Part shown: piece by piece, positions 1-11,950 of the stretch | How the letters are laid out: every line of letters starts with the position of its first letter | How positions within the stretch are numbered: position 1 is the stretch's first letter | Source: Ginglymostoma cirratum | Lineage: Eukaryota | Assembly: GCA_024137785.1 (NCBI GenBank) | Contig: JAHRHZ010000087.1 | Location: 19,634,029-19,698,028, forward strand | Length of the DNA: 64,000 nucleotides | Reading direction: 5' to 3' | Made by a program: the position numbers and the translations under genes | Notes under the pieces: model-generated | The model's database searches: none | Seen by the model: only the letters and a program-made list of their open reading frames with translations | What the model was told of the DNA's origin: nothing

Positions 1-94
1 CCTGGAGTACAATACAAATAAACCTAAGTGAGGAGTTTGCTTTACACTTGCACAGGACCAGGCTCAATTCACCAAACAAGCAGAAGTGGGGGAG

Positions 95-200
95 GAAGAA
101 GAGACTTCCATTCATACAGAACTTTTCACAATAGCTCCGCACTCCAACACACTTTATAGCTCATGAGCTACTTTTGGAGCAGTCGCTGTTGTAAAGAAGG
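95..200 (-). mobile_element. 3' tail fragment of a Deu-domain (SacSINE1/AmnSINE-like) SINE, highly decayed
   Basis: Resembles the reverse complement of the tail of the copy at 2210-2612 (acaacagcgactgctccaaaagtagctcatgagctataaagtgtgttgg...gtgaaaagttctgtatgaatggaagtc). Confidence 0.4.
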
Positions 201-1199
201 TGGTTTAGGTCAATGTCAGGAATGTTAAGTTGAAGATTTCCCTATCTAGTTGGACGATTACTGCTTTAAAATGCAACTCTCCTTTCTCCTTTAATGCTTC
301 ACCTCATCTCTTTGTAGCCATGTGTTCCATTTGCAAAGGTTGCTTTAACACTTGCCCATTCTGGGACACACCAGTTCAGAATCGTGAGTTTTCCTTTCAA
401 CTCCTGACATTTCTTTTCTCTCCTTGCAGGTGCAAAAAGGGAGGGGAACACTGTCTGGGCTGCAGGCACCTTTCACATTTCTTTTCAATAACATACCAGC
501 TCACAAACGGGTATGGCCCATTTATTTCAAGCTCTGTGCCTATGATGCAAAGAGCATGTGGACTTCGTTACATTTTAACAATCATGTACTTTTTTCATTA
601 TTATGCAAAGTTGCATTGATTTGGAAATGAGAGTTAGGTACAAAAGTACCTAAGCAAGTATGCCAATCTACTTGAGGAAAAGAATTGAAATTGACAAACA
701 GATGCATTGGAACCGGAATTTTGTCATGTGGTGGCCCATTTATTTGTAACACCATTTAAGAACAAATTGTTCTAATAATCCACTCTCCGGCCTTGTTTGC
801 TTTTAAATCCATGTCATTTTCACATTATGAGGGGTTTCCATTGCGAGCAGGACAAAAAAGATACAAGGATTGAATGGCAATTGGCAGACTACGTGGTTGT
901 CATCAACCCACTTTGTACAATGTTACAGGACAGGATTTTCTCATGAGTCAGGATCCCACTGTCTATCAAATAGGGTTCAGAAGCCCTGTACTGTGTCAGG
1001 AACAATCACCAGCTATGATTTTCCCCAAATTGGCCAATTACTAGCAAGATTAGCAAATGCCAAATTAAGGGTATTAGGCTTATAAATCTAACTGTTTAAA
1101 GCTATAAACAAAAGGGAGTGAGCAGCTAGACCAGCCCCTCTATGGGAGGTTGTGGCTACATTTGAAGCCTAGAAGACCAGGAAGGCTTCAACAGATCTG

Positions 1200-2050
1200 C
1201 AACATTGACTCCGTAGTCTGCACTGCTACCATTTCAGGCAACTGGACTCTCTTTTTAAGTCTTGGCAAGTGATGCAAAGATACAGGCCCATGCACCCTCC
1301 TATGTGCTTTCCCTCACTCGGAACTAAAAACTCAGCCCAGAGTTTCTGCCATTCCTTTGAAATGGGCAGCTCAGTGATTGCATCAGAATGCTTGCAAATT
1401 AACTCTGTGCCTGTTGTCAGCATCCAGTAGACCCAGAGTGACAGAATGATAACACAGCAAGCTAACAGCTCGGAGATGCATCATAGTCCATGGGGTGTGT
1501 ATCCCTGAGAACACAGTGTTGCTGCAGGACCAGAATGATAGTTGCCTTTGTACCTTGAAGTGCAGTAATGAAATACAGAAGCATGCTATAAGTGAATTGA
1601 AAATGTGCCTTGAGGCTTCTTACAGGCTTGCACATGGTCGAATGCCAATGTCCACGTATGAGGATTGAATGTATCTGGTGCTCATGGATCATACCTGAAG
1701 ATGCTGCTGTGTGGTGACCAACTTGAAAACCATAATCATCCAGCATGGAGCTGAAGTTGCCAAGTACCCCCGCTCTGATTTCCAATTTGAAAATTTTTGG
1801 GGTCTAGTTTGCTCACAGTGGACAGTAAGATCGAGAACTGCATATTAATGAGGGGAGTTCTGTAACTCACTGCTGCTTAGGAAGTATCTTGCTTTGATGC
1901 CTGGAATTTAGTTAAAAGATGCAATGAGTTGTTCCTGATGTCGAGATAGACTTGTCACACGCCTCATTTTGCACCATAGTCTACATCATTTAGGCCGCTA
2001 TAAGATTCTGACCACAGTTCTTGAGCATTTTCTTTCAATGTCTGACTAGT
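1200..2050 (-). mobile_element. Possible highly decayed Ty3/gypsy pol relic (RT-RNase H region)
   Basis: Minus-strand frames give WHSTMCKPVRSLKAH...LLYF...DYDASPSC*LAVL, resembling the W..EC..AF..LK..L and DAS..GLGAVL motifs. CRLWCKMRR upstream resembles RLCVDMR. Many stops and frameshifts. Confidence 0.3.
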
Positions 2051-2209
2051 CCATGAGGGCAGTGAACTGAGGTCGCTCTTAGAAAATTATCTTGAAATGC
2101 AATTGTCCTAATTGTTTAATCCATTGAATAGACTATTAAGACCTGCCCTTTGTGTTCTTAGCAGTCCAGTGAAGTTTACTTTTCAATATTTGGCAATGTC
2201 ACATTATCA

Positions 2210-2612
2210 GAATTAGTAGAACTGATATCTTTGAATCAGAAGGTCATGGGTTCAAGGCCCAATCTGAGATTAAGTGTCTAATCTTAGTTGACAGATCAGT
2301 CCCTACTGAAGGAGTATGACGTGTTCAGAGTTAATATATTTTGCAGGTGTATGTTGTAATGGTACAATAGGATGTAAGTGATCCCCTACTCCTCTTGCAT
2401 CATTTAGAGAACAGCAGGCAGTTCCCTTGGTGTCCTGGCCAACATACTTTCCTCAGCTAACACTGCCAAACACAGATTTCCAGTTATTGAACTTGTATGC
2501 CATTTGATGCAAATGGATGCCTTACTTCTTTGCGCAACACTCACTGTCCTTCATGAGAAATTCATTGCATGAAATGTCGTAAAACATTCTAAAGATATGC
2601 TGAGGTGCAAGT
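2210..2612 (+). mobile_element. tRNA-headed Deu-domain SINE (SacSINE1/AmnSINE-like), old copy
   Basis: Head gaatcagaaggtcatgggttcaaggccc has a B-box; central Deu-like core gatccc...gagaacagcaggcagttcccttggtgtcctggccaacat...cctcagctaacactgccaaacacagatt; LINE-like tail. Confidence 0.7.
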
Positions 2613-2619
2613 GACATCA

Positions 2620-2860
2620 AGTTACATAGAGTTTATAACACAGGAACTTTAATCCCATCTGGCATTTGTGACCCATACCAATCTCTTTTCCCACCGTTCT
2701 CCATCTAACCCTATCAGCTCATTCTTCAAATTTTCCTTTCTACTCTGCTTGCCCAGCTTCCCCTTAAATGCATCTGTATCATTTGCATTAACTACACCTT
2801 ATAGTTCCAAATCCTAATCACCTTTCTGGTATAAAAATTCCTTCTAAATTTCTGACTATA
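2620..2860 (-). mobile_element. CR1-type LINE 3' end fragment, decayed
   Basis: catagagtttataacacagga tail and ccagcttccccttaaatgcatct...tcacctttctggtataaaaattccttctaaatt, similar to the other CR1 3' ends in the window. Confidence 0.5.
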
Positions 2861-3075
2861 GTCATCAATAGTAACCTTATATCTTAATTTTTAAGAATAT
2901 ACTCTGTGTCAACCTATGCCCATAACACTACATGTGCTGCTATATTTTAATAATCCTATCCATATTAATAAGGATTAATAAATCACATTAAATATTGAGT
3001 CCTCAGTTCCCCATAAAATACAAATTTCATGCATTGCGGGCTGCAAAACCCATGCGAGGCTCTCAACTTTGTACT

Positions 3076-3173
3076 AGATGTGACTGCTGGGGAGAATCTT
3101 TATTGTGTGAATTAAGCTGCAGTATTGGTTTAGTTGTAATTTACACAACATGGACACCCCGGCAATCAGATCT
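3076..3173. repeat. Short imperfect palindrome (hairpin element)
   Basis: agatgtgactgctgggg (3076-3092) pairs with ccccggcaatcagatct (3157-3173) at 14/17; inner ttgtgtgaatta (3103-3114) pairs with taatttacacaa (3137-3148) at 11/12. Confidence 0.75.
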
Positions 3174-3463
3174 TCCTCACAATTTATTCCCAGCTTAAAA
3201 AAAGTCACTGTAGAAGTGGATAAAAATAAGCACGATTTCTGGTACCAGGGCAGTAAGGTGAGAATCCAGTCAAAACCTCTTTAGGACAACTCTCAGAGCG
3301 CAGGAGAGAGAGGAAGAGAGACAGAAAGATTAAGAGAAAAAGTCTCAGCAAGAAGTTTGTTTTAAAAATCAAAATAGTTACAAAGAATTAAAATGCTTAA
3401 AAATATATCTCTCTATCTTTTTCTGTGTGTCAAATGGAAAATATTTAAATGATCAGTGCTGAT

Positions 3464-3652
3464 GATGTAATCTGGGGAACTGGCTCAGAAGAGTTACTGA
3501 GCCTGACAGCATTAAATTAACGCACACGGTTAAAATGACACACTGGCTGAAGAACTCCCGGGTTAATGACTGTATCTCTGCTGATGTTAATTCAGTTCCC
3601 TTGCACTGTCAGGCTCAGTAAATCTTCCCAGCTACCAGTCCTCATATTACTT
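3464..3652. repeat. Inverted repeat / palindromic MITE-like element
   Basis: gaagagttactgagcctgacag (3488-3509) versus ctgtcaggctcagtaaatcttc (3606-3627), 21/22 complementary, with weaker pairing outward (gatgtaat / attacttc). Confidence 0.85.
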
Positions 3653-4812
3653 CCATAAAAGTATGAACAGGATGAATAGAAATTAACAAAATAACCTAAA
3701 CTTGTTAAATGTTAATTTTTATTCTGAGAGACCAATTTAAATAAGGGTTACTGATGGTAACGTGCCTTTCTTTAGTAATCTATTAATCCAATCTGATCCT
3801 TCCACAAAGTTAGTTTCCCCCTCAAAAAAATCCTTTTATCCCTTTGAGCTTAAATTTTTGATTCTAACCAGAAAGTTATTGATGTGGCATTGTACTTTAC
3901 AATAAAGAATATATGATTTGTGATAGAAGCCAATGAAAAATTGCAAAGAAGCTAACTACATTTCAGATAACTTCATACAAACAGCACAATTTGTGTTAAA
4001 TGAAAATAAAAACAAAATGATATTCTTCATCATTACTTACTTTACATTCCTTGCAGGCTGATAAAAGGATTTCACAGCAATCTCAGACAATGTTTTCTTT
4101 TCAAGTCTATATATTACCCAAAGTTATTAATTAGGTTCTGAAACTGAAAGGGCCTATACCTCCTGAAATATGATTTATGCAACCTCAAAACACAGTCTGT
4201 GCAACACAGAACACAATGAATTAATGTAATACGATAAATAGATGCGTTCCATTAGCACACACACAATAACATTCACCAGTCCCAATGCGTATATTGAGCA
4301 AAAATATCATTTAAAAAATATAATAACCATCGATTTTTTTTTAAAACCCAACAAGCCAGAGAAATTATAACAATAAAACTGATCTGCATTATGTGAACAC
4401 CAGGCTCCATAAAGGTCAGCGAAACATCAATTAAACCAAACCATTACATATTGCCGCTGTCATATTTAATATCACACAGCACCTCCTATCCTAATCAGCA
4501 AATACAAGTCCTGTAAGTATAAATAATACACACATACTGGCAACAAAAGCAGTCAATTTAAGAGGACATTTGTAGACTTCAATTACTCTATATGAAATAG
4601 AAAGATCTAGAAGTCCCCAAATCAGTTGAAATGTTAACACAAGGAGATGTTGCACAACTTAATATAACTGATCGTAGCTGTTGTTAGAGAGAGACAGCAC
4701 CACAACAAAAGCCTCTGGATCTGGATAGCTGCTGAGACGACATACTGTGGCATTTTTAGTGTAGCCCAAGAGGGCCTTTGTGCTGACACCATTCTCCAAA
4801 TCCAGGAGGCAC

Positions 4813-4838
4813 AATTATTATTATTATTTTATTATTAT
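4813..4838. repeat. (TTA)n microsatellite, imperfect
   Basis: attattattattatttttattattat. Confidence 0.7.
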
Positions 4839-6490
4839 GAGTTTAAGTCCAATCTGAAGGAGTTATTCAATTCTTAAAGTCCAAGAAAAAAAAATCTATG
4901 AAATTCAATTAAAAAATGGAAGGTTGACAATCCTGACATTTTGTAGTCTGCAAGTTTTATATTGTAGTTAGAGCTTGTGCTAATGCCATTCCATCTTTAA
5001 TGATAAATACCAATATTTTGGGGCTAATATCTAAGGCACAGGTAACCCATTTAGGGTGTCCAATGTATTGAAAATTTGATTCAACATCAAAGCTTTTCTA
5101 TGTGCAGCTTCCAACTAAACTAAATTAAGTAAATAAAACTGTAACAATCAATATTTTGCATTTCTGCAAGTTTCTATTGATTTGAGTAATTAGTAGAGGA
5201 CTACTGTTAACTGCAAAATTATTACCGACTATACACAACTGACAAAAAAAGGAAATTTTAAATTGTGAAGAGAATTTGAATGCTGACTTCAAGCAAAATT
5301 TTGACCTCCTTTTCTTTCCTATGATTTTTACATCATGCAGGCTTTGAGATTAAAGAATCCATAATGTTGAAATTAACTGAGAGGAAATATAGCAGAATGC
5401 AAAGTGCAAGATTATTTTACATTGTCAAGATTTCAGAACTGTTAATTGTCTGGAATTTGCTCATTACTAACTGTAAAGATGTCTCCCTATTTAATTCGGA
5501 AGAACTTGGTTCTGATACTTATCAAGCTCCCTTTTTGTCCTGCACTTGTATAGCCTGTGTTTGCTTCTCTGCCTCTGTAATGGGGTTCCAGTCATAACTT
5601 TATGATTCCCTGACTATCTAATTGCTCCTTGCTACACCCTCTCCAAAACACTGTCAGTACAGCACATCGACCCACGTGATTCGAAACACACAGAGATTAA
5701 AATTAAAAAAGAATGACAAGAGGTAAGAAGAGAGTGACTCGAGAGAGGTGGTGCAAGAAAAAATGCGTCATCTCAAATGGGTTTGTTTAATAGCAAAGTT
5801 ATAATTATGGCTGTAGGATTTGCAAACTAAAGTAATTGCAACAATATAAATTTACAACAGTCTTAAAAGCTGCAATGTTTTCTCTGTAGTTTTGTGATTG
5901 AAACTAAAAATATAGCAACATATTGCTTCAATTGTGCCCATTTGTATATTATATGAAATTTGAGCAGGAATTTATGCTCAGTTTGAAGGTTCACATCACC
6001 AGGTTTCTGTAATGAAATCTTAGATACTAATGTCAATCATAAACATGAACACTGGACATCTTAACAATGGGCGCTCATGGGTCTCCTCAAACATGAAGAA
6101 GAAAGTAAACTAGAACGTCGGCAAGGCCAACCTGCCATCATTGTGCATCAGTGAAAACTGTTAGATCAGGAGACTTGTGTAAGGAAGTGGGACTGAGAGA
6201 CTGCTGCATGACAACTTGGCTGGAATTTACTTGTCGAGCTGCTGTGCTTTTCTGTAAGTGTGCTGTGGTTCTGGTGCATTTGAATAACCTGCCACTGCTT
6301 ATAATCTATTTCAAATTGAGATCTCAGCTTTTCAGAAAAGGATGTAAAATGAAAAGGATAGCATTTAATTTGATATCTATGTGGAAGATTTAAATATTTG
6401 GATTTGTTGGTTACAAATAACAAATTTGGCGATACAAAACCAAAATAATATAGCACAACAGATAAATAATAAAACAAAAGGTCAACAAAT

Positions 6491-6810
6491 GGGGCAGCAC
6501 GGTGGCTAGCACTGCTGCCTCGCAGCGCCAGGGACCCAGGTTCGATTCCAGCCTCGGGCGCCTGTCTGTGTGGAGTTTGCACATTCTCCCCGTGTCTGCG
6601 TGGGTTTCCTCCGGGTGCTCCAGTTTCCTCCCACAGTCCAAAGATGTGCAGGTTAGGTGGATTGGCCATGCTAAATTCCCCGTAGTGTTCAGGGAGGTGT
6701 AGGTTAGGTGGGTTGTCGGGGGGGTGGGTCTGGGTGGGATGCTCTGAGGTTCAGTGTGGACTTGTTGGGCCGAAGGGCCTGTTTCCACACTGTAGGGATT
6801 CTATGAATCT
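6491..6810 (+). mobile_element. HE1-type V-SINE (tRNA-derived elasmobranch SINE), young copy
   Basis: tRNA-like head with B-box ggttcgattcc; V-domain gtgtggagtttgcacattctccccgtgtctgcgtgggtttcctccgggtgctcc...cccacagtccaaagatgtgcaggttagg; CR1-like tail gggccgaagggcctgtttccacactgtagggattctatg. CpGs are retained. Confidence 0.95.
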
Positions 6811-7429
6811 AAAAATCATATAAACCCCAGCTCTCAAATCTTAAATTTGTATTACTGCAGAACACATTATTTGGAATTCAGGACCTCGATCGAGTAATGG
6901 CTTAAACCAGGATAGTTAGTTATTTACTTTTTTGTGATTAACAGTTAATTGGCCTCCTTTATATGAGTACAACACTTTCACAGATGCAGCAAACATTTAT
7001 TTTGAACAACAGACATAACGCACTTGTAATCTGCAGATAACTGTGACCAGGGTTCAGTTTCAATGCCTGAATTTAGGTAGGGTCAAAGCCATCAAACGGA
7101 AAGAGGGCCAATACTAAAAGAAGCAGCAGAATTTTGTTAACCAGGTTGAGGGGGCTTGCAGTTGTCCCAAAGTGATTCATCACTTTTTTTGTGATTATTC
7201 ACAGCTTGAAAATGAAAGTAGACTGAGAAACCTCCCCATCCCTCTAGATTGCTAGAATTGTTGTCTAATTTCAGTCATGAATACGATAGTCTGGACAAAA
7301 TTCCTGTGCTAATTCAGCAAACAGGCTAAACCATTTAGAATAAAATAACTCACTTAAAATAAATGGATCAGCCTCTTTGCTCAAATATCCAACAGAAGAA
7401 GAATTCATTTGAATGCATCAGGGACACAA

Positions 7430-7575
7430 AGAACAAAATAAATGCTGGAAATGAAGAATAAAAACAGAAACCATTGGGAGCGCTGATAAAAGATTATGTT
7501 CAAAACAAGATCATTCTTGTCTTTATCAGATGCTGATTAGTCCTCTCTGTGCTTGTTTTTAATTATAGATTTCTG
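7430..7575. mobile_element. Very decayed fold-back Penelope-type short repeat
   Basis: atgctggaaatgaagaataaaaacagaaa...ctgataaaag...cagatgctg...tgtttttaattatagatttc, the same layout as 39523-39697. Confidence 0.4.
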
Positions 7576-7865
7576 AGAGATGTTACACAATGATTTCAAA
7601 CAGAACAGAAAACATAGCAAAAACAAGGAAGCAAATTGAGGGACAAAAGGGAGGGAAGGTACAAACTCAAGTGGTAGAGGGAAGGATAAAGAACCAGATA
7701 AAGAGAAACTGATGATTAAAAAGCATTGAAGACAAAATTGAGAAAGCGAAAGATTTACAAGCAGTTCATGAGGAACATTGGACTATAAAGGAGAAAAGAA
7801 AATGGAAGGAGGTAGAGTGCAGGAGATTGGAAAATCTTGTAGTCTTTTAGATTTCATTGCAAACT

Positions 7866-7919
7866 GCACTGAGAGCAGCCCTTGAGAATTCATCTGCTCT
7901 CAACAGCTGTTCTCAATGC
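7866..7919. repeat. Short hairpin
   Basis: gcactgagagcagcccttgaga pairs with tctcaacagctgttctcaatgc at 18/22, with a 10-nt loop. Confidence 0.7.
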
Positions 7920-9744
7920 TGGTACCGGAAAAGGTATAGATTCCGACACCTCATCGTTAAGGATCACTTAGCTTGCTAACTTATGCCATTGTATCAAGAG
8001 CTGGATGTAATACTCAACAAGATTCACACTACAATCAAACCGTCATGACATAACACTCATTGTGAACTAAACTGTTGTCAATGACAAGGCACCAGAACAT
8101 GATATAAATGATGGAGATGCACACCCTACATGAACACGGATTACAACCATTCGAGCCTTAACACTGGCATTACTGTGCACTAACTTTTATCTGTAACAAT
8201 TGTTCTTATGGCCATAATTGACCTGGGAATGTTTAAATCGCATTTTGCGTGAAAGGCTGTTTCCCAACACAATGAGCACAAAATTAGATAATTACCACAT
8301 CTCATAAATAATAAAAAGTGAGGGCTGAAAAGGTATGTTGCATAGATTTGAATTTTGATAACTTTGAATTACAGTAGGTCACTAAAAAATGTTACTGTCT
8401 CTTTAAATGATGGGACTTGGGATTACACTATACTGAATACATTTTTCCACTACATAACACACTGTCCCAGCGCACATAAGATAGTTTATTGCTCTGCATG
8501 ATTCATAACCCATTTCTCACATGGGAACATTACAAGGTTCAAATTATATAAAACCTCTCAGTGTTGATAAAGAGCAGGGATATGAAAAGTTGTAAATCAA
8601 GGCCTTTGATTGGGCTTCCTGCCTGCTGGAGATATTCTCCTTTTCTGTTCTAGAAATTAATGTCTGATTGAAACACCATTTTTCTGGACACAGGGAACTC
8701 TGGGGAGGGAAACTGACTAGATTGTTAGGGTGGCTTTTGCTAACGAGTTTTTTGAGCAACCCCCTACTGAGGCCTAAATGTCTGTGATATCCATAAACAA
8801 CTCCATTCTGCCCAATTAAGGAGACAGAGATGTACCTTCCTGTCAGATAGATTTGCATGGATAAGCATGTGAGATCATAAGGATGGTGAGGGATTGTTGC
8901 ATGTCTGTGAGGGATGCACAGAATGGATGACTTCCATTACAGCCCCCTTACACTTTCCCAATTACTGCCAGCATTTCATTAATTACTAATGGCTTTCCCT
9001 GATGTAATCATCTATGTTTAGCCAATCAGCAACCTCTTTCATTTTACTGAACCATTAAAGCTGGATGACTAAATCTATTTGCTAAGGGCTCATCTCACCC
9101 CTCCCGAGTCAAGGATGATAAAGCTGTTTGTGATTTAAAGTCTAGATCAGGTTGGACTGTAAACAAGCGAGAGTTGATAACATCAAACGTGGCATCAGTG
9201 TTAAAAACAGCCATGCTTTCTCGAACAGCAGATTTAAAGGAGGCTTTGCAATCTTTGTCTATAAGCTCTTATTAGAAGACAGTGGATTTTTAGGGTTCTA
9301 CTGCAGTAAGATTGAAATTTCTGCCATCGTCTTAGATTGGCACTAATTTCTTGAGCTGACAGTTTGTACTGCTGATCTCCTACCACAGTTGCATTTGCTT
9401 TTTCTATCTCTGGTGGAGGTAGACTCATTTTAACCCTTTGTAAGCTGAATGAGTGTTTTAATTTCAAACTCCTAATCCTTTCTTTTTCAAATGCCTGGCT
9501 GTGCAATTAAAAAAAAAATTATAATTTTACTTTAAATTGCCATTTGTCCTTCAGTTTAACCACTTTTTTAACCACTTTTTTGGAGGGAACCAGGCAATCG
9601 ATCTTCACCAGGCCATTGTCAGGGTCCGAGGTATAGCTACCGAAAGGTTCTATGGCCTCCTAGTGTGACTCTTCTAATTCTCTTACTATGGTCAAAATTG
9701 TTCAATCATTTCGCAAAGATAAAAGTTCTTAAACATAAAAACAA

Positions 9745-9950
9745 GATAAGAGATTCTGTTTTTATACAGGAATCTAAAAAGCATGACCTCACAGTTTTGT
9801 GGAAGCCAATTCAATAGTCGACTTCATGAGGGCATTGGATAAATATGGGGCAACGGAGAAAGGACCGAGAAGTGCCACCAATTCATTAGTTACTTGACTG
9901 AGATTGTTGAGATGATGGACCAAATGGCCTATTTCTCCCCTGTAGAATTC
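9745..9950 (+). mobile_element. CR1-type LINE 3' end fragment
   Basis: gtggaagccaattcaatagtcgacttcatgagggcattggataaatat...gatgatggaccaaatggcctatttct...tgtagaattct tail. Confidence 0.55.
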
Positions 9951-11724
9951 TGGGAAATCCACCTTATGAAGACACAACCATTGTATAATTAAACCACTTA
10001 CAGCAAATCAGCAATGAATAAGCATGTTGAATGCTAAATTCACACCATCAGTATAGTGGGAAACTCACCACTGGGAACACTTACAGTGCTGCCTTGCTGT
10101 TTAATGCTCCATTGAACATTTCATTTTTGCTCTTTCTATTTGATAGCTAGTGTTAACTGTTTTTAAGCTTGGTTACAGATCAAATACTAACAAAAGTGAA
10201 AACTTCATTTTCACTACAATTAACCAAAACAGTATGTGAATGTTCCCCTCTCTGGTGTGGTGTGAGTAATGGTGAGAAAGATAGGAAAATACTGTGTGAA
10301 TGAGAAAATCTGAAGCTTGAGGTCGATAAATATTTTCCCAAGTTTCCCTTGAGCTGTAAATGGTGAACTCAGAATCTCACCATCAAGCAACAATTACCTT
10401 GTTTCCACATAGTTGCATCTCATTACAACCTCGACACACCCCATTTATACACCAATTCCAATTCATCCCTCATTCAGTGAGAAACTAGATGGTGCACATT
10501 CCCAATATGTGGGTGCCTGGTGGCTGCAGCTTGCCAAATGCTTATCTGGGCCATCATCCACTGCTCGTTCACAACAATGTCCCTGCATGCTCTCTGACCC
10601 TTCATGCATGAAAATCGGCTTTGGCAAACCATTAGCCTCACCACATCATCATGCCTGCTCTCAGATCGCACCAAACACCACTACAGTCCTTCAACACTTT
10701 ACTTTGCAGCTTGGGATTACCTATGACTTGCATGCTGCCACCACATTGGTTAGTGTGCAGGGACACATATACATCTCGTGCATCCACACAGGATGCATCT
10801 CTCAGTTTGCTTTCTTATCATTCACTCATTTTACTGCTGACTCGGAGGTTGCTGGCTTCCATCCACTTTCCACTGAATGTGCACTCAGAAAGCACTGACT
10901 TACAGGCTACTGGCCTCTACCTGGCTTGCATTGCTTTCTTAGTCCACAGGGTCTTTAGCGCTCAGTTAGCACTGCCTGTCTGTGTCTTAATTTTTTTTTG
11001 CAGAGGAAGAGGCAGGTAGCTTGTGACAGCAGGAGCATTGAGCTGTCAGTCTATTGGTCAGAGAGAAGGTGGACATGTCACTTTGAGTCACCAAACTACA
11101 TCAATGCCAGACCTGCGGCATTTACCAGCAGTTTTTGTGGTAAACACATTATATGTGTTTCAAGTGAATGATGACATATGAAAATCAAATGGGAACAGTC
11201 TTTAGTTGGCGAAGGGGAATTTACACACACTCATGGGCACCACTACAGTCAAAGGGCTCGTCTGATTATATTTTAAGAGGTTAGCCATGTTTAGTCAGGC
11301 ATTTGGTCCCAGAAGACTCTGGGATCCATGTCTTTCCATTCTAGGGATTGGTCAATGTTCAGTCCTGAAGATCAACTCCAAGCAACGGGGACTCCAGGTT
11401 GGATAGCTGGGATACTATGTAGCCCTCAGTGTGGGGTGGGGGAAGGAATGAGCTAATTTTTCCTGCAATGAGCCAACAGGATTGAGTGATGAAAATTAGC
11501 ATTAATACAAGAGCAGAAGTAGTAGTTCGCTGTGTCCTAGTGAAAATGTAGGAAGCTCAGAGGGCAGGAAGGGATACTAGGCTGGTACAGTGGGGTGGGT
11601 GAGAGCTGTTGAATAGAAATGATGCATGCAACATGAGGGCTGCAGTGCAGGAGCTTTGGTAAGATGTGTGTGCAGTGGCAAAGTTAGCGTGAGTACTGAC
11701 CCTTTGACTGTGAGAAAATAGTGC

Positions 11725-11950
11725 TATTCAACCTTGCAAACCACAGAAAATCATTTACCTTCCTTCTACAATGCTGGGGATCCCACTTCAATTGGGGCAC
11801 AGCACTGACACATGCTGCAAGTTCTATCCAGGCTGGTGATCATTCTGGCGGTGTGACTTCCAGTGAAAGGACAACCCTCCAGTACACCAACCAACACCTA
11901 CATGTCCCTGTCTATGAAGCAAGAAACGAGCTTCCCTGTCCCCTGGTAAT
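11725..11950 (-). mobile_element. PIF/Harbinger Myb/SANT-like DNA-binding ORF relic
   Basis: Minus strand translates GKLVSCFIDRDM*VLVGVLE...PAWIELAACVSAVPQLKWDPQHCRRKVNDFLWFAR, matching the RF...LEVLV / W.EIA..VSAV...R..QQCRKKFNDL pattern of the NAIF1-type trihelix. The GC-richer flanks (about 10400-11720) are probably more of the same element. Confidence 0.75.

Noticed and set aside
6708-6740. G-quadruplex-like G-runs
   Set aside because: This is a normal part of the HE1 SINE 3' region and is present in other copies.
6166-6788. ORFs of 167, 125 and 66 aa (MANPPNLHIFGLWEETGAPGGNPRRHGE...)
   Set aside because: They are translations of the HE1 SINE; the same peptides recur at 29791-30269 and 47113-47370.
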